Under the pieces are notes generated by a model that was given only the letters and a program-made list of their open reading frames with translations, made no database searches and was not told the DNA's origin. Positions 35,452 to 48,800 of a stretch of DNA of 64,000 nucleotides are shown here, piece after piece. The stretch is from assembly GCA_964016885.1 (NCBI GenBank), contig OZ024740.1, positions 19,034,001 to 19,098,000 of the forward strand. The letters are read 5' to 3'. The stretch comes from Eledone cirrhosa (Eukaryota). Within the stretch, counting starts at the first letter, position 1. Each line of letters starts with the position of its first letter. Made by a program: the position numbers and the translations under genes.

Positions 35452-38400
35452 TCTTTCTTTATTAACCACAAGGGTTTACATAAAGTAGACATTAAGAACA
35501 GTACAGGACAATACAGGACGGTACAAAAGGGCGTTTCTGCATGTAAAAAATAAAAACAGAGGATGTAACAAAAAATAACAATGAAAAATTCCCCAATAGG
35601 GGGGAGACTTCCGAGGGGCATTCGTGGAGAAAGCCCATTAAAAAGCCACAGTGACCCTGACCACCAGGACAAGTGCCCTCTCCCAGTTTTCCAACTTTAA
35701 TTTACAGACACATACTCAGAGTAGGCCCATTCACTCGGGCCATTCTTGCCTCTCTCACCAATCTTTCAACAAAATGCTGGGAAGAGAGCACTTCCCTATC
35801 TACCCTGATATTCCTTTTAAAATGAAATTTGAAAAAGTTAATCAGGGCATCACCGAAGAGGTAAGTGCTCGTCTTCAGCCCTTTGAAACGTGTCCACCAT
35901 ACTATCTCTTTCGCCATGGCCACCAGACAGGTAAAAACTGCCTGCCCTTCCCGGCTAAAGGAAGAGGGCGGGGCATTACTCACGATGGACTCAGCTGATA
36001 GCTGGATCCGTCCTACAATGACAACAGGTGTTCGACATAAACCCACAAGTCAGCAATGCTCGGACACTGGACGAGTGCGTGCAAGACGGTTTCGTCGCCC
36101 TGCGCGCATCTCAGACATGCCCGGCTGACGGAACCTCCATGCCTGTAGAGTTTATCCCGAACTGGCAAAGCTCCTCGGTAGCACTGCCAGGCCAGGGATT
36201 TCTGGAAGTTGTCCATAGGTCCCGGCCCGAAGAGATTGGCTAGATTGATTTTCGTCGACGCCTAGAGTTTCCCCAAGTACGTCGTCGCTCTTCCCCTCCA
36301 CTGATCCTCTATAGAACGCCAAGGTGGAGTTTCCACCGATCACATTGCGCGATTGGTCGAGGGCTGTGAGCGCCTGAATACATTCCAGTCGCCAAGCGCT
36401 CCCTCTCGGTCTTCGCTTGACCCAGGACTGCAGCTCCGTCAAGGAGACGAGCTGGGGAAAGACGCGTCTAGCAAACGGCGACCACACCTGATCACCGTCG
36501 AGGAAGAGGTGGAGATGTCGTAGCCTGAGCGCGTGTCTGCGCATCATCAGCCACGGCATGCCCAGTCCTCCACGTAGCGAGTGTTGACAGCAGATGGACC
36601 GCCTGACCAATGGAGCGCGTCCCTTCCACAAAAAGCGAAAGAGCAAACGCTCCAGCGCAGTCAGGCGAGGCTTAGAACAAGGTTCGACGGTCAGGCGGTA
36701 GTAGATGACGGACGCGATGTACGCGTTAGCCACCTCCGCTCGACCTTTCAGGGATAGCTTCTTCTCTGCCCATTTCTGGGTGAGAGAAGCTCGTCACCTC
36801 GTCCCAGTTTTTGTCCGTCTGGAGGTCCGGACCGAACCAGACCCTAGCAATTTAACCGGTCCGTCCGTGCAGCGCCCGACGACGCTGTTGGACGGCATTG
36901 ACCTGCCTCTCCAGGTGCCGAGCTGCAGGCCCACTGACTTTTCCTGGTTGATCATTGCTCCTGTCACCGCTTCGTATTCTCTTAGTGTAGTGCCGATCGC
37001 CTCGATGTGTTTGGCGTTCGACACCACTACGGTAACATCGTCCGCATATGCTGACACGGATCTTCCGCATCCTAGTTCGCGCGGGACCCCCCTCAACGTC
37101 TCCAGTGTGTGCAGTAATGGCTCGAGAGTCAATACGTACAAGAGGGACGAGAGGGGACATTCTTGGCGGACCGAGCGGATGATGTTGAACGGTTCCAAAA
37201 GGTGACCGTTCACTCTCACCACGGAGCAGATATCGCTGTGCATGGCAGGGATCCAGCCTATGAAGACGGGCCCAAAGCCAGCCGCCCTCAGGACTTCCGC
37301 TAGGTAACGATAGTCGACCCTATCGAAAGCTTTCGACTGATCTAAATTGATCAAGGACCCACCTGTGCCAGGTTCCCTAGCTACCCACTCCACGATGTAT
37401 CGCATGAGGTGGAAGTTGTCGTGGATGGATCTGTCGGGAATGGCGCATGTCTGCGCCTCTCCCACCAGACCACCAACGACAAGCGCCAACCTCTTTGCTA
37501 GCACCTTGGCCAAAATCTTGAACTCTGTGTTTAGCAGAGTTATGGGCCTGAAATTATCTATGTTATCCCCTTTGTTCGGATCCTTTCTCAGCAGCGCCAC
37601 CGCTCCTCGGCTCACAGAGCTGGGAATTCTCCCGTTCTGTTGCCAGTTGCAGTAGACGTCTGCCAAGTGGCCTCCGAACAAGTTTGGCATCTGTACTTAA
37701 AGTTCATAGGGCATACCATCCAAATCAGGCGATTTACCCATTGTGCAGCCAGTCATTGCCTCCCGTACTTCAGCGGCTGTTATTGTCTTTTCGCAACACT
37801 CCGCCTCAGTGGCCGAGAGCCGCGGCAGTCCGTCGAGGTAGACACTAAAGCCCATCCCTCGATCCGGCTCGCCGCTGCCCCCGAACAGCTGAGCGAAGTG
37901 TCGCTGAAAAGCTTCACACATTTGCCCGGGATCGAGTAGCATGCGCCCATCGTGTTCCACCAAAGACCGGATCGTGGCTTTGTTGCCACGACGCGCCTCC
38001 GCCACTGGGGCCCATTGAACGGCTTTCGTCCCCTCGTGTCTGAGAGCACGCACCCTAGCACTGACAAGGCAGCCTTCGTGCTTTGCATTGAAGAATTGGT
38101 CATGGGCCAATTTCGCCGCAAGTACGTCGGTCGCGATGCCTTTGCTAAGCGCCTCGTCTAATTTTCTAACTAGTTCTCCCTCTGCTCTATTTTTCTCTAT
38201 AGCTAAAACCTTACTAAACCTAATGGACTCTATTCTAATTGCTCTTTTCAGAGCAAACCAGCACTTGTTGTTGACGATGGCCCTCGTCAACGCCTGCTTA
38301 ACTAGTTCGCTAATCCGGTCTCTGTAGACCTTGCGCGCTGGTAAGGACGCGTTTAGCTTCCAGTAGCCGGGTCCTCGTCTATGAAGCCTATCTAAGTCAA

Positions 38401-41293
38401 GCACACAGATCACAAATTTGTGGCCCGTGTAGCTGACTATCCTGAATTGTGGACAGCCTATGCTAGACCTATCTATTTCCCTACAAAATACTCTATCTAC
38501 ATATGATCTGGATGACCCGATATGGTTTGTCTAAGTCCACATTGGCACATTCGGGAAATCCAATCGGTACCTATCAGACAGTTCAAAACGCCTGAGAAGG
38601 TTGATGAGGCTCTTGCACCCTCCTCCCCTATCCGCTAATCCCACACAGTCCCAGTGTGCATCTAAGATCCTGTTCCAGTCGCCCACTAACACTAAAGAGC
38701 GGGACGTTCCAAGAAAGGTCTCCAGACGCCGGCAGAAATCAGGCCGTCCTGCTCCTGTCGGGGCATAGACGGCCACTAGCCTGAAATCTTGCCCGTCTCC
38801 GCTGGTCACGTTCAGCACCGCCAACTTACCTTCTGGGTCTAGGAAGATGGCCCGCATGGCGAGATCCAAACGTCTCCGAAAAAGCACAGCAACTCCTCCC
38901 CCCCCCCCCGATCCAGGACTGCTGGGAGATGCGTACACATCGAAGCCGCCGAAGATCGGTGCGAAGGCCCGTGCCTCAGAGATTCTGGTCTCGCTGATGG
39001 CCACTACATCTATTTTTAGTGACCTGAGGTCGTTGAGCAGGTGGCCCTGCTTCCATGACGACCCCAAGCCACGCGCATTTATGCTGCCTATTCTGGGTGA
39101 GGTCATGTTGAAATGGAGTGGAAAAGATGGGAAAGACCACTTACCTTACTTCTCGTAGAGGAAGGATGGTTTCTCCATCCTTTTCACTGCTTGTGGCCTC
39201 CTCTGGAAGGATGTCCTTAGAAATCCTCCTGGAGAGTGCTTGTCGGAAGTCTCCGATATCTTTGGGGAATTTTTGTTTTAGTGTCGTGTACGTTTTCTGT
39301 GTGATGCGATTGATTTGTATGTGTGGAGGTGGTGTGAACTTTTGGGGTGTTGTGTAGTCTTTTTCTGTGATGCTGGTGTTGTGTTGGATGTAGTGTAATA
39401 ATTGGTTGTTGTTCAAATTTAATGCTGTGTAGTGTGTATCGTTTTGGTTGTTTTGTTTTGTTTGCGTTTGTTGTGGGTTTGTTTCTGTCTCGCTTTTTGG
39501 TGACTTTTGTGGTGTTGGTGATGGTGGTGTTGGGGTTAATGATGGTGGTGGTGCTGGTGTTTGTGGTGACGGGGTTGGTGATGCTGGTGTGGATGGTGGC
39601 ATAGCTGTCCTAACTTTTTTGTTTGATAGTTTATTGGTTTCCCTCTGTATTTTGTTTTTGGAGGGGGAAGGAAGAGGATTTTTTCTTTTTTCGTGATACC
39701 GTTTCCCACTCCTCGTCGTCACAATCTGTTTCCAGTTGCGATAGGTCGGGGAGTGGAAAATCCTCCACAGGCCTTGGTTTTGGTTGTGGCGTGGTGGATG
39801 GTGTAGGCGCTGGTGCTAGTTCTGGCGCGTTGGGTGGTGTTGGTGTTGGTTTTGCTACTGTTGCTGGGGTTGTTGCTGCTACAGTTGCTTCTGTTGTTGC
39901 TGCTACAGTTGTTGCTTCCATTTCTGCTGCTGATGGTGTTGATGTCACTGGGGTGGGTAAGAGAGGTGGCCTCAACTTTTTAGCCTGCGGGCAGAAAGCC
40001 CTTAGGTGGGTTCCTTCACCACAAGCGACACACCTAGGCATTCTACCCTCGACGATTACGGTGAGGTGGCTGCCGTCAGTGAGGTCTATTACCTCTGGAA
40101 TCTCCTCAATGCTTTTTTGGTTCGCTTGGATCAGGAGCTCCATCCGAGATCCGGACCAGTTCTCCTGCTTTTCTTTTGCTATTTCGATTATCTTGGTGTT
40201 GGCCTCGATGCCGGCGAGGACGGCAGCCATTACCCAGGGAATTTCAATGGCCGGTGGAACATGTGTCACCCTGATCTTCACGAGCCTCTGGCCACAATAG
40301 CTTGGGACGAGTGTGAAGTTGTCGCTTCTTAATGGGGCCATGGAGTGCTCTCTGGCCTCCTGTGGTGTTCCAAAGAACACGTACACGGTTCCATATATCT
40401 GCCCACGTCTGATGTGGGCTTTTTTTGCCCACACATGTCACAAAGCTTTTTGGATTTGGGACTCGGATGCCCGTTCCACTCGGCGCGATTTTATGTTAAT
40501 CGTCCGATAAGACACGGTGCATAGGCGCCGATGCTCCATTTTATTTGGTGGGGAGTGGGGGGGGGGGGGGTTGTCCATGTACCCATCTTTCTTTACCATT
40601 CTCTTGGCTTCATCTAATTCCTCCTGAGTTACCTGGATTGTTTCGCATTTGTTTGCTGCTTTGGCAAACGACACGGTGTTATTCTCATTGTTGTTGTTGC
40701 TGTTGTTGTTATTGTTATTTTTGTTATTGTTATTTTTAGTTTCAGTTGTGGTGGTGGTGGCGTCAGTGGTGTTCAGTGTGGAAGAGTCCATTCTGGGTGA
40801 ATCCATTTCGATGTCACGAGATGATTTATTTTTTCCTTTTGTTTCTGTTGTCGCTGTGGTTGTGATGGTGTGTGTGTGTGGGGGACGGGGGGGCTTTAAC
40901 ATCTGCAGTCATTGGTAATGGCGGGAAATGAATGTCTGCATGAGACGAAATTTAAATTATTGCTACTGCTTATATTTTTAGTGTTGGCAAACGTAGTAAT
41001 ATTTACAATGGTGGTGTTGGTGTGAGGTGTTAGTTTGTGAGGAAGGCTCTCAGTTACTTGGTGTAGCTGTGAGTCGTCCATGATTTTTTCAAAGAAATTT
41101 TTTGTTTGATAATTATAAAAGTTTAAATTTTGGGCTCAAGGCCCCAATCTTTTTGAGTGTCCTTTTCCGAAAGCAAATTGTGTGACTTTATAAACAGTTA
41201 ACAACAAAAATTTTCCATAAATGGCAATTCTAAGCAAACGAAAACAACAAACATTTACGGAGCATATGATGATACGATTTTACGTAGGTCGCC
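35452..41293 (-). mobile_element. Full-length decayed Tx1-clade LINE of a distinct family, flanked by (ATT)n on both sides (copy g)
   Basis: ORF1 41081-39141 (CVACGEGTHLRAFC). ORF2 39106-35702 (APE GDWN, RT YADD). (TAA)n at 35416-35451 and 41294-41343. Confidence 0.93.
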
Positions 41294-41343
<50 letters not shown>

Positions 41344-41344
<1 letters not shown>

Positions 41345-44300
41345 GTCACGTGGAGTGACGAAACCACCGGAGGCGATGAATTCACCGGTGGTTATGCAAC
41401 CATACACTCGCCAATCCTCGATAAGAGTGTTTAAATGTCGAACCTAAACAGTTCGAATAACGGTGAAATGGAGACTAGAATGTCATGTGACAGACTCTCA
41501 CACAACAAGTGCTCCCCGGCTCAGCAGCAGCGACCTGGCTGTCAACCAAATACTGCTGGTGTCCGAGGAAGAAGAAGAAGGAAAGGGTCCAGAACCAACT
41601 GGACGAAAGAATTGAATAGAACTGTTATGCAATGTTACCTGAAGAGTAACCCCAAGGAGAAAGGCTATAGGAAACGGATGCATAACATCTGGAACGAGAT
41701 TGGTCTATTTAAATTAGATGAATAAAAATTGGCCGGGCAGGCTCGGGTAATAAGAACTAATGGGTGGATAAGCGAGCTGGAACTGGAGGAACTGAGCAGA
41801 GAGATTAGCTTGGAGATGGAGAGTGGAGTATGCCAGGCAAACGAGCCAGTGGGAAATGAAGGTGAAGAGGTCGAGAGAACGGAGGAACCATCCGAAGCAG
41901 ACAATGATCTGAATGCTGAGATAAATAATACCTGGAACAGAGATACGGCCACTGAGGAGATGAATGCTGACGGGCTAGGACAAGATTTGGTTGATATCCT
42001 AAACTTAGTGGTAGATGAATTGAACAATGATAGTGGGAGACCTATGAACCTAAGATTTGTAGACAGGAAAAAGTTAAAAGAAACAACAGCTAAGGTAAAC
42101 AAAGTCATCCCATACCTTGAGGCGAGGAGCCTTCACCAGTGCAACAATATCCTCAAAGCAACAGCAAATACGGTGAGGAAACTACTTGGTATAAAAGCGA
42201 GAGGAAACAACAGGCAAGAAAGAGCAGAGCCTTGGTGGAAGAAACGACTGAGTGGTCAAATCAGGGAAATGAGAAATGACATTGGAAAGCTTGAGTCCCT
42301 ACTGAATGGGACACTAAAAAACATAGACACTAAAAATAGACTGGAAATAAAGTACAAAACTAGGAGGAAAAAGCTAAATATTATCATAGAGGAACTGAAG
42401 CAACGCATTGTAGCAAAGAGTGCAAAAATCAGGCGATACGAGAACAGAGTCAGTCAGTATAGACAGAACCGCATGTTCGACAACAACCAGAAGATGCTGT
42501 TTGGACAGCTTGAAGGGAAAGAAAGAGGCAACGACTTGATCCCTGAGGCGGAACAAACTAAAACATTCTGGAGAGGAATATGGGAGCAGGATGTTAAACA
42601 TAATGACCAGGCAGTGTGGATTGAGACAGTACAGAAGGAGATCAGTGAGCAGGCACACCAACAAACTGATTTGAGTATCGCAGTTGAAACTCTTAAGGGG
42701 CAGGCCAAAAAACTAACCAACTGGAAATCACCAGGCCCAGATGGTGTGCAGGTGTATTGGATTAAAAATATAACATCCCTCCACCCGAAACTGACAACCA
42801 TGTTCAATGACTGCTTGATGTCAGGTGAGGTACCAGAGTGGTTGACAAAAGGTACCACAGTTCTGATAATGAAAGACCGAATCAAGGGTAATGATGTTAC
42901 CAACTATAGACCTATCACATGTCTGTCCGTAATGTGGAAACTGTTGACAAGCATTATGTCTGAGGAAATCTACCATCACCTCCACGCAAACAACTTGTTA
43001 CCGGACGAACAGAAAGGATGCCGAAAGAAGTCACATGGTACAAAGGACCAGTTACTTATTGATAAGATGGTAATGAGGAATTGCAAGAAGAGACACACTG
43101 GTCTTGCCATGGGATGGATAGACTACAAAAAGGCATTTGACATGGTGCCTCATTCTTGGATCACCAAAAGCCTGGAGATCTTCAAGGTGGCAGATAACAT
43201 CAGACAGTTGTTGGGCAAAAGTATGAAGTCCTGGGAAACAGAGTTAACATGAACTGGAGAATCCTTGGGAAGATTGAAGATCAAGAAAGGTATCTTCCAG
43301 GGAGATAGTCTGTCCCCTCTGTTGTTTGTCCTTACCCTGATGCCCCTGACCAGTGTACTGCGAAAAGTGAGAGCAGGATACGGGTTGGGAAAGGGAGGGC
43401 TTACCATCAATCACCTCCTCTTCATGGACGATCTTAAGCTCTTCGGGAAGAGTGAGAAGGAGTTGGATGTGCTTGTTGACACTGTCCGTATTTTCAGCAA
43501 TGATATATGTATGCAATTTGGTATTAGTAAGTGTGGAGTCATTGTGATGAAGAGGGGTAAGTTGAGCAGAAGTAACGGAATCCAGATACCAACAGGTGAG
43601 ATGATAAAGGAAAATGACTCTGAAGAAGGATACAAGTATTTGGGCGTTCTGGAGGTTGATGACATCAAGAACAAAAAAAATGAAGGAATTTATAAGATCT
43701 GAATACATTCGGAGAGTAAGGAGCGTATTAAAGTCACATCTGAACAGTAAGAATGCCATAAGTGCAGTAAATTCCCGAGCTGTGTCTATTATTAGGTACA
43801 GTGCGGGAATTCTGAGATGGAATGTTGCTGAACAAAAAGAAATGGATAGGAAGACTAGGAAGCTATTGACTATCTACAACATGTTCCACAAGAGGAGTGA
43901 TGTCGATAGACTCTACTTAAGGAGATCTGAAGGTGGAAAAGGTCTTATCAGCATAGAGGACTGTGTTCAGATGGAGAAAAACAACCTACACAAATACGTG
44001 ACTGATAGTAAGGCGCCAATGCTCAGAACTGTACTGAGGAGGGGACAATAGGCCAGGGGATGTCCAAGGAGGAAATAACATCAAGGAGAAAGAGCAGCCT
44101 TCAGGAAAAATCCCTTCATAGTACCTTCTTTGAGAAAACTGAATTTAGAGATCCACAGACATTGAACTGGTTGAAAAGAGGAGACCTTAAAAAGGCTACA
44201 GAAGGAATGTTAATGGCTGCGCAGGAGCAGGCCCTCAAAACGAAGTGGTTGAAACACCATATTTACAAGGAGGAGGCTAGCCCACTGTACAGGATCTGTG

Positions 44301-44926
44301 GAGAGAGAGAGGAGACTGTGGCTCACATTGTATCCGAGTGTAAACACCTGGCCCAGACACACTATAAGGGCTGGAGACATGATGTGATGGGCAGGGTGAT
44401 CCACTGGCACCTATGCAAAGTAAACAATTTACCACATTCTGAGAAGTGGTATGATCATAAGCCAGAGTCGGTGATAGACAACGATCAGGTGAAGGTGCTG
44501 TGGGATTTTAGGATACAGACGGACAAGAAACTGGAACACAATAGACCTGGTGCTTTTGGACAAGGAAAAAAGATCGTGCCTGATTGTGGATGTAGCCTGC
44601 CCATTCAACACGAGAGTGCAAGAAAAGGAGAGGGAGAAAATTAACCGATACCAGGACTTAAAGTGGGAGGTAAAAAGGAACTGCCATGAAGTCAAAGTGG
44701 TCCCGATTATCATAGGCGCACTAGGTACTATCTCAAAACGTTTCCAGGGATGGTTAAAGAAAATTGGCCCCGCCCTGCTTTTTGGAACACTTCAAAAGGC
44801 ATGCTTGTTGGGAACAGCAAGAACCCTCCGATACGTCCTGAATAGCTGAGGCTGCAGGTAGTGGCTTGATATTCATTTCGACAAACTTTCCAGTTAACTA
44901 ACATCAATGACTGAGACTCAAAGAAC
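41344..44926 (+). mobile_element. R4/Dong-like non-LTR retrotransposon (RT plus restriction-like endonuclease), full length but disrupted
   Basis: Single broken ORF 41435-44849 with NWKSPGPDG, YRPITCL, FQGDSLSP, FMDDLKL, a Cys/His knuckle and KEREKINRYQDL. (TAA)n on both sides, the known Dong target. Confidence 0.9.
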
Positions 44927-45727
44927 AATAATAATAATAATAATAATAATAATATTAACATATTTAAATCATTTGTGAAATAACAACTCTTAGTACAAAT
45001 GCTACGTAAAGCATCCGGCTTGAGCCCCAAAAAATTCGGACCCAAAATATATTGTTATAAGGCTCAAATATTCAAATATTCAACTTTGTATTGTACATTG
45101 TATATTCAAAAAAGATAATGGCTATAAATGGAAGAAGAACCCCCCCCCCTCTGTCTACGCTATATAGAACAGCCAAACAACACTAGAAACTAGATACAAC
45201 ACCTACCCCATCACCTCTCTGTGTACACTAAACACAACAGCCAGATAACGGCAATTTCACCACCACCACTCACTGCTGCCATCATTACCACCACTATCCC
45301 ATCACCGCCGCCACCACTCCTTCATTGATACCACCGCTACAACACCATCACTACAGTAATACGACCACATCGCCACCACCACAGCCTCGGTATCGACATC
45401 ACCACCACCACTGTCTCAGTATCGATACCGCCGCTACTGTCTCCCACATCTCCCCGCCGCCACCACTCCTTCAATGCTATCACCATTATTCCCCTGTTAA
45501 CTTGAGAGAGAAAGGGGAAGGTGGCGGTATCACTAGACAATGGAGAGGCTAGCAAAAGATATAAATAGATTGACTTAGTGACCTGGCCAAGGCCAAACGT
45601 CAATATCAACAACTATGGGACTGCTGGCTCACCCCTTCCTCACCAACAATATAAAAAGCCCCGGCACCACCACCGACATAGCCAACAACAATAACAGCCA
45701 ACTACAACACAAAGTATATTATATTAT

Positions 45728-45775
45728 TGTAATGCACTGGGTGATTGCTGGCCTTGTGCCTGGAGTGGAGACACT
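45728..45775 (+). mobile_element. SINE 3' fragment
   Basis: gtaatgcactgggtgattgctggccttgtgcc, preceded by attatt. Confidence 0.6.
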
Positions 45776-45864
45776 ATTAATAATTTCATTCTTAAGCCAC
45801 GCAATGCTCACATTAAGGAACCACTCATGATAATAACAATTTAAAAAAAAACAACAAAAAGAAA

Positions 45865-48800
45865 ACCCCGTGACCAAGAAATACCGGGATGGCGGCCGGC
45901 GGGGAATAGCCGTGTCTCTAGGGGAGAACGACCCCTCTAGTCTTGGTTGACACTCGTTCTAGAAGTGGCAACACGAAATGATTACCCCTTGGCGGATAAG
46001 GATAAAACGCGACAAAATAAAGTAAATGTCTAATGATAAAATCTCATACCGGATCGGCCGTCACCCGGGTAAAAAAGGGCCGCGTCCCTCAGAGAGGAAC
46101 CAGACTGGGGTCGAAAAATCAACTAATGGTTCAAACCTTCCCATCACTTCGGAGCTGGAGACCTCCCATAACCGGAATACTCCTACTGTTGGCCCTCCAT
46201 GCTCACCACCAAGAAATCCAAAGAAAAAGAGAGAAAAATGGTCAAGGGAAGATAATAAAGAAGTCCTTGAGGCTTTCTACACTGCCATGTACTACCCATC
46301 AAATACATCGAATACAGAACAGACATATATCAACTGGAAAAAGAAACATCCCGAAAACAGAGGCTATATTGACAGTAACAAACTAGCCAATATACGAAGA
46401 AATATTGTAAGAAAAAAGTTACTAACTGATATAGAAATTGATCAGATCAAGCTATTAGCACAAAGTCAGTGAAGGGAAAATGAAACATGTGTCAGTGAAA
46501 ACGAGGTAAACTGTAACACTTCGAATCCCAGGGTTGGGGCGGAATCACTGGCAACAGAACAAATTAAAGAAAGGATCGAAAAAGTGGAGGGAGTGCATGC
46601 TCAGGATGAAACGCCAAATGAAAATAATGAGATCGTAAATGATAAAGAAATGAATGAGAATGAACTTGCTAACTTGAAGGATGAAATTATGATCGAATGG
46701 ATGAAAATGAAAGAATATGACATGGGGCAACGAGACACCCTCCCTAAGATCCAGAACTCCAAACAGAACCAAAAGATAATACACAAGACTAACATAATTC
46801 TCAAAAACATTATCATCACAAACAAACTAAACATTACTGATTTAAATCATCTCTATTATGCATCGGCTAAAGTCACCACTCACTTATGTGGAGTGAAGAT
46901 GAAAAAACAAAGGAATTCCCACAAGAAATCTACTTGGCAAGAGAACATCAATCGCCAAATAAACCTTCTCCGATCTGACATAGAAATTTTAAAAAACTAT
47001 AAAGTAGGTGAACATGTTAAACAAACTAAACTTAGAAAATTAAAAAAAAGTACAGTATAAAATCAACATGTGACATAGACATGCTGATAGAAATAATCAA
47101 GCAAAAAGTGTCGGCCAAAGCTGCTCGTATAAGGCGCATTGAAAAACGATCTAGATTCTATAAGGACAATAATATGTTCAAAAACAACCAAAGAAACTTC
47201 TACAGAAAAATTGGTAAGTCAACAATAACTGCTAAATCAATACCACCCAAGGAGGAAGTGCAAGAATTCTGGGAAAAGATCTGGGCCGAAGAAAAAGTTC
47301 ATAACATACAGGCCCCATGGATAGACAGACAAATGAAAGATACAGCTCACCTTGAGGAACAAACATGGGAAAATATAACAGTTGAACAGTTGCGCTTGGC
47401 TCTAAGAAAAACCAGCAAATGGAAATCCCCAGGAAAAGACAAAATACAAAACAGAGTCTCATGAGCTGTTAGCCCAACTTTACAATGAAATAGTTAAGGA
47501 GCCAGAAAAATACCTTCATGGCTAGTTAACGGCATTATATTCCTGCTTCCGAAGAATGATGAGACAAACAATCCCAAAAATTACAGACCGATAACTTGCT
47601 TGACCACAATGTATAAAATTTTAACATCAGTCCTAACTGAATACACATATGACCACCTGATAACAAATGACCTATTTCCCATTGAGCAGAAAGGGTGTAA
47701 ATGAGGCTCATATGGCTGTAAGGATCAGCTTCTGGTTAACAAAATGATACTGGAAGATTGTCATAATAGACACAAAAATCTATCGATTGCTTGGATAGAT
47801 TATAAAAAAGCATTTGATAGTTTGCCACACAGTTGGATTGAAAAATGTTTAGAGATTTTCAAAGTATCCCCCGTTGTCAGGAGGTTTTTGTCATTCAGTA
47901 TGAAGACATGGAAAACGACACTCCTTTTGAATAGTGAAACAAAATCACTGGAAGCTGGAGAAGTTAATAATAATTGTGGAATTTTTCAGGGTGACTCTTT
48001 ATCACCGCTTTTATTCTGCATCGCACTTATACCATTAAGTAAAATGCTCAATGAAACAAAACATGGATATAAAGTCTATGACAAAACCATTAATCACCTG
48101 TTCTACATGGATGACCTGAAACTATTTGCAAAAAATGATGAACAATTGCAAGGGCTATTATCCACTGTGAAGCAGTTCAGTGATGACATTAAAATGGAGT
48201 TTGGACTAGATAAATGCGCCAAAGCAACGTTCACCAGAGGAAAGCTGCTGAAGAGTTCAGACATTAATCTTGATCGGGGGAACGTGATAAGAGAACTTGA
48301 TCAAGAAAAAACTTACAAATATCTAGGTGTTTGTGAAGGAGACGGAATCAAGCACTCGACAATGAGGGAAAGGATAAGGAAGGAATGTTACCGCAGAGTG
48401 AGAGCAATCTTAAGAACGGAATTGAATGCAAGGAATAGGATCGATGCCATAAACACGCTTGCCATACCAGTAGTAACCTACAGTTACAATGTCATCAACT
48501 GGTCAAGCACAGAGATCCGTAGGCTCGATACAAAAATTCGAAAATTCTTAACCATGCACAGAATGCATCACCCTAAGGCAGATATAGATAGAATATATCT
48601 CCCTAGGAAAGAAGGAGGACGTGGGTTAATCCAGTTAGACATTGCGTTGAAAACTGCAACAATTGGATTATCTACATATCTAAGGGAATCACATGATTGG
48701 ATGATCAAACTCGTTTTGAAACACGAAAGCATCAAAAGATCATATTCCATTACAAAAGATGCACAAAGATACAGTAATGGACTACAAATTTCAGAAGTCC

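Noticed and set aside
33978-35469. CRISPR-like array or a 411-aa repeat protein
   Set aside because: The 72-bp units are contiguous with no unique spacers, there are no cas genes, and the context is eukaryotic.
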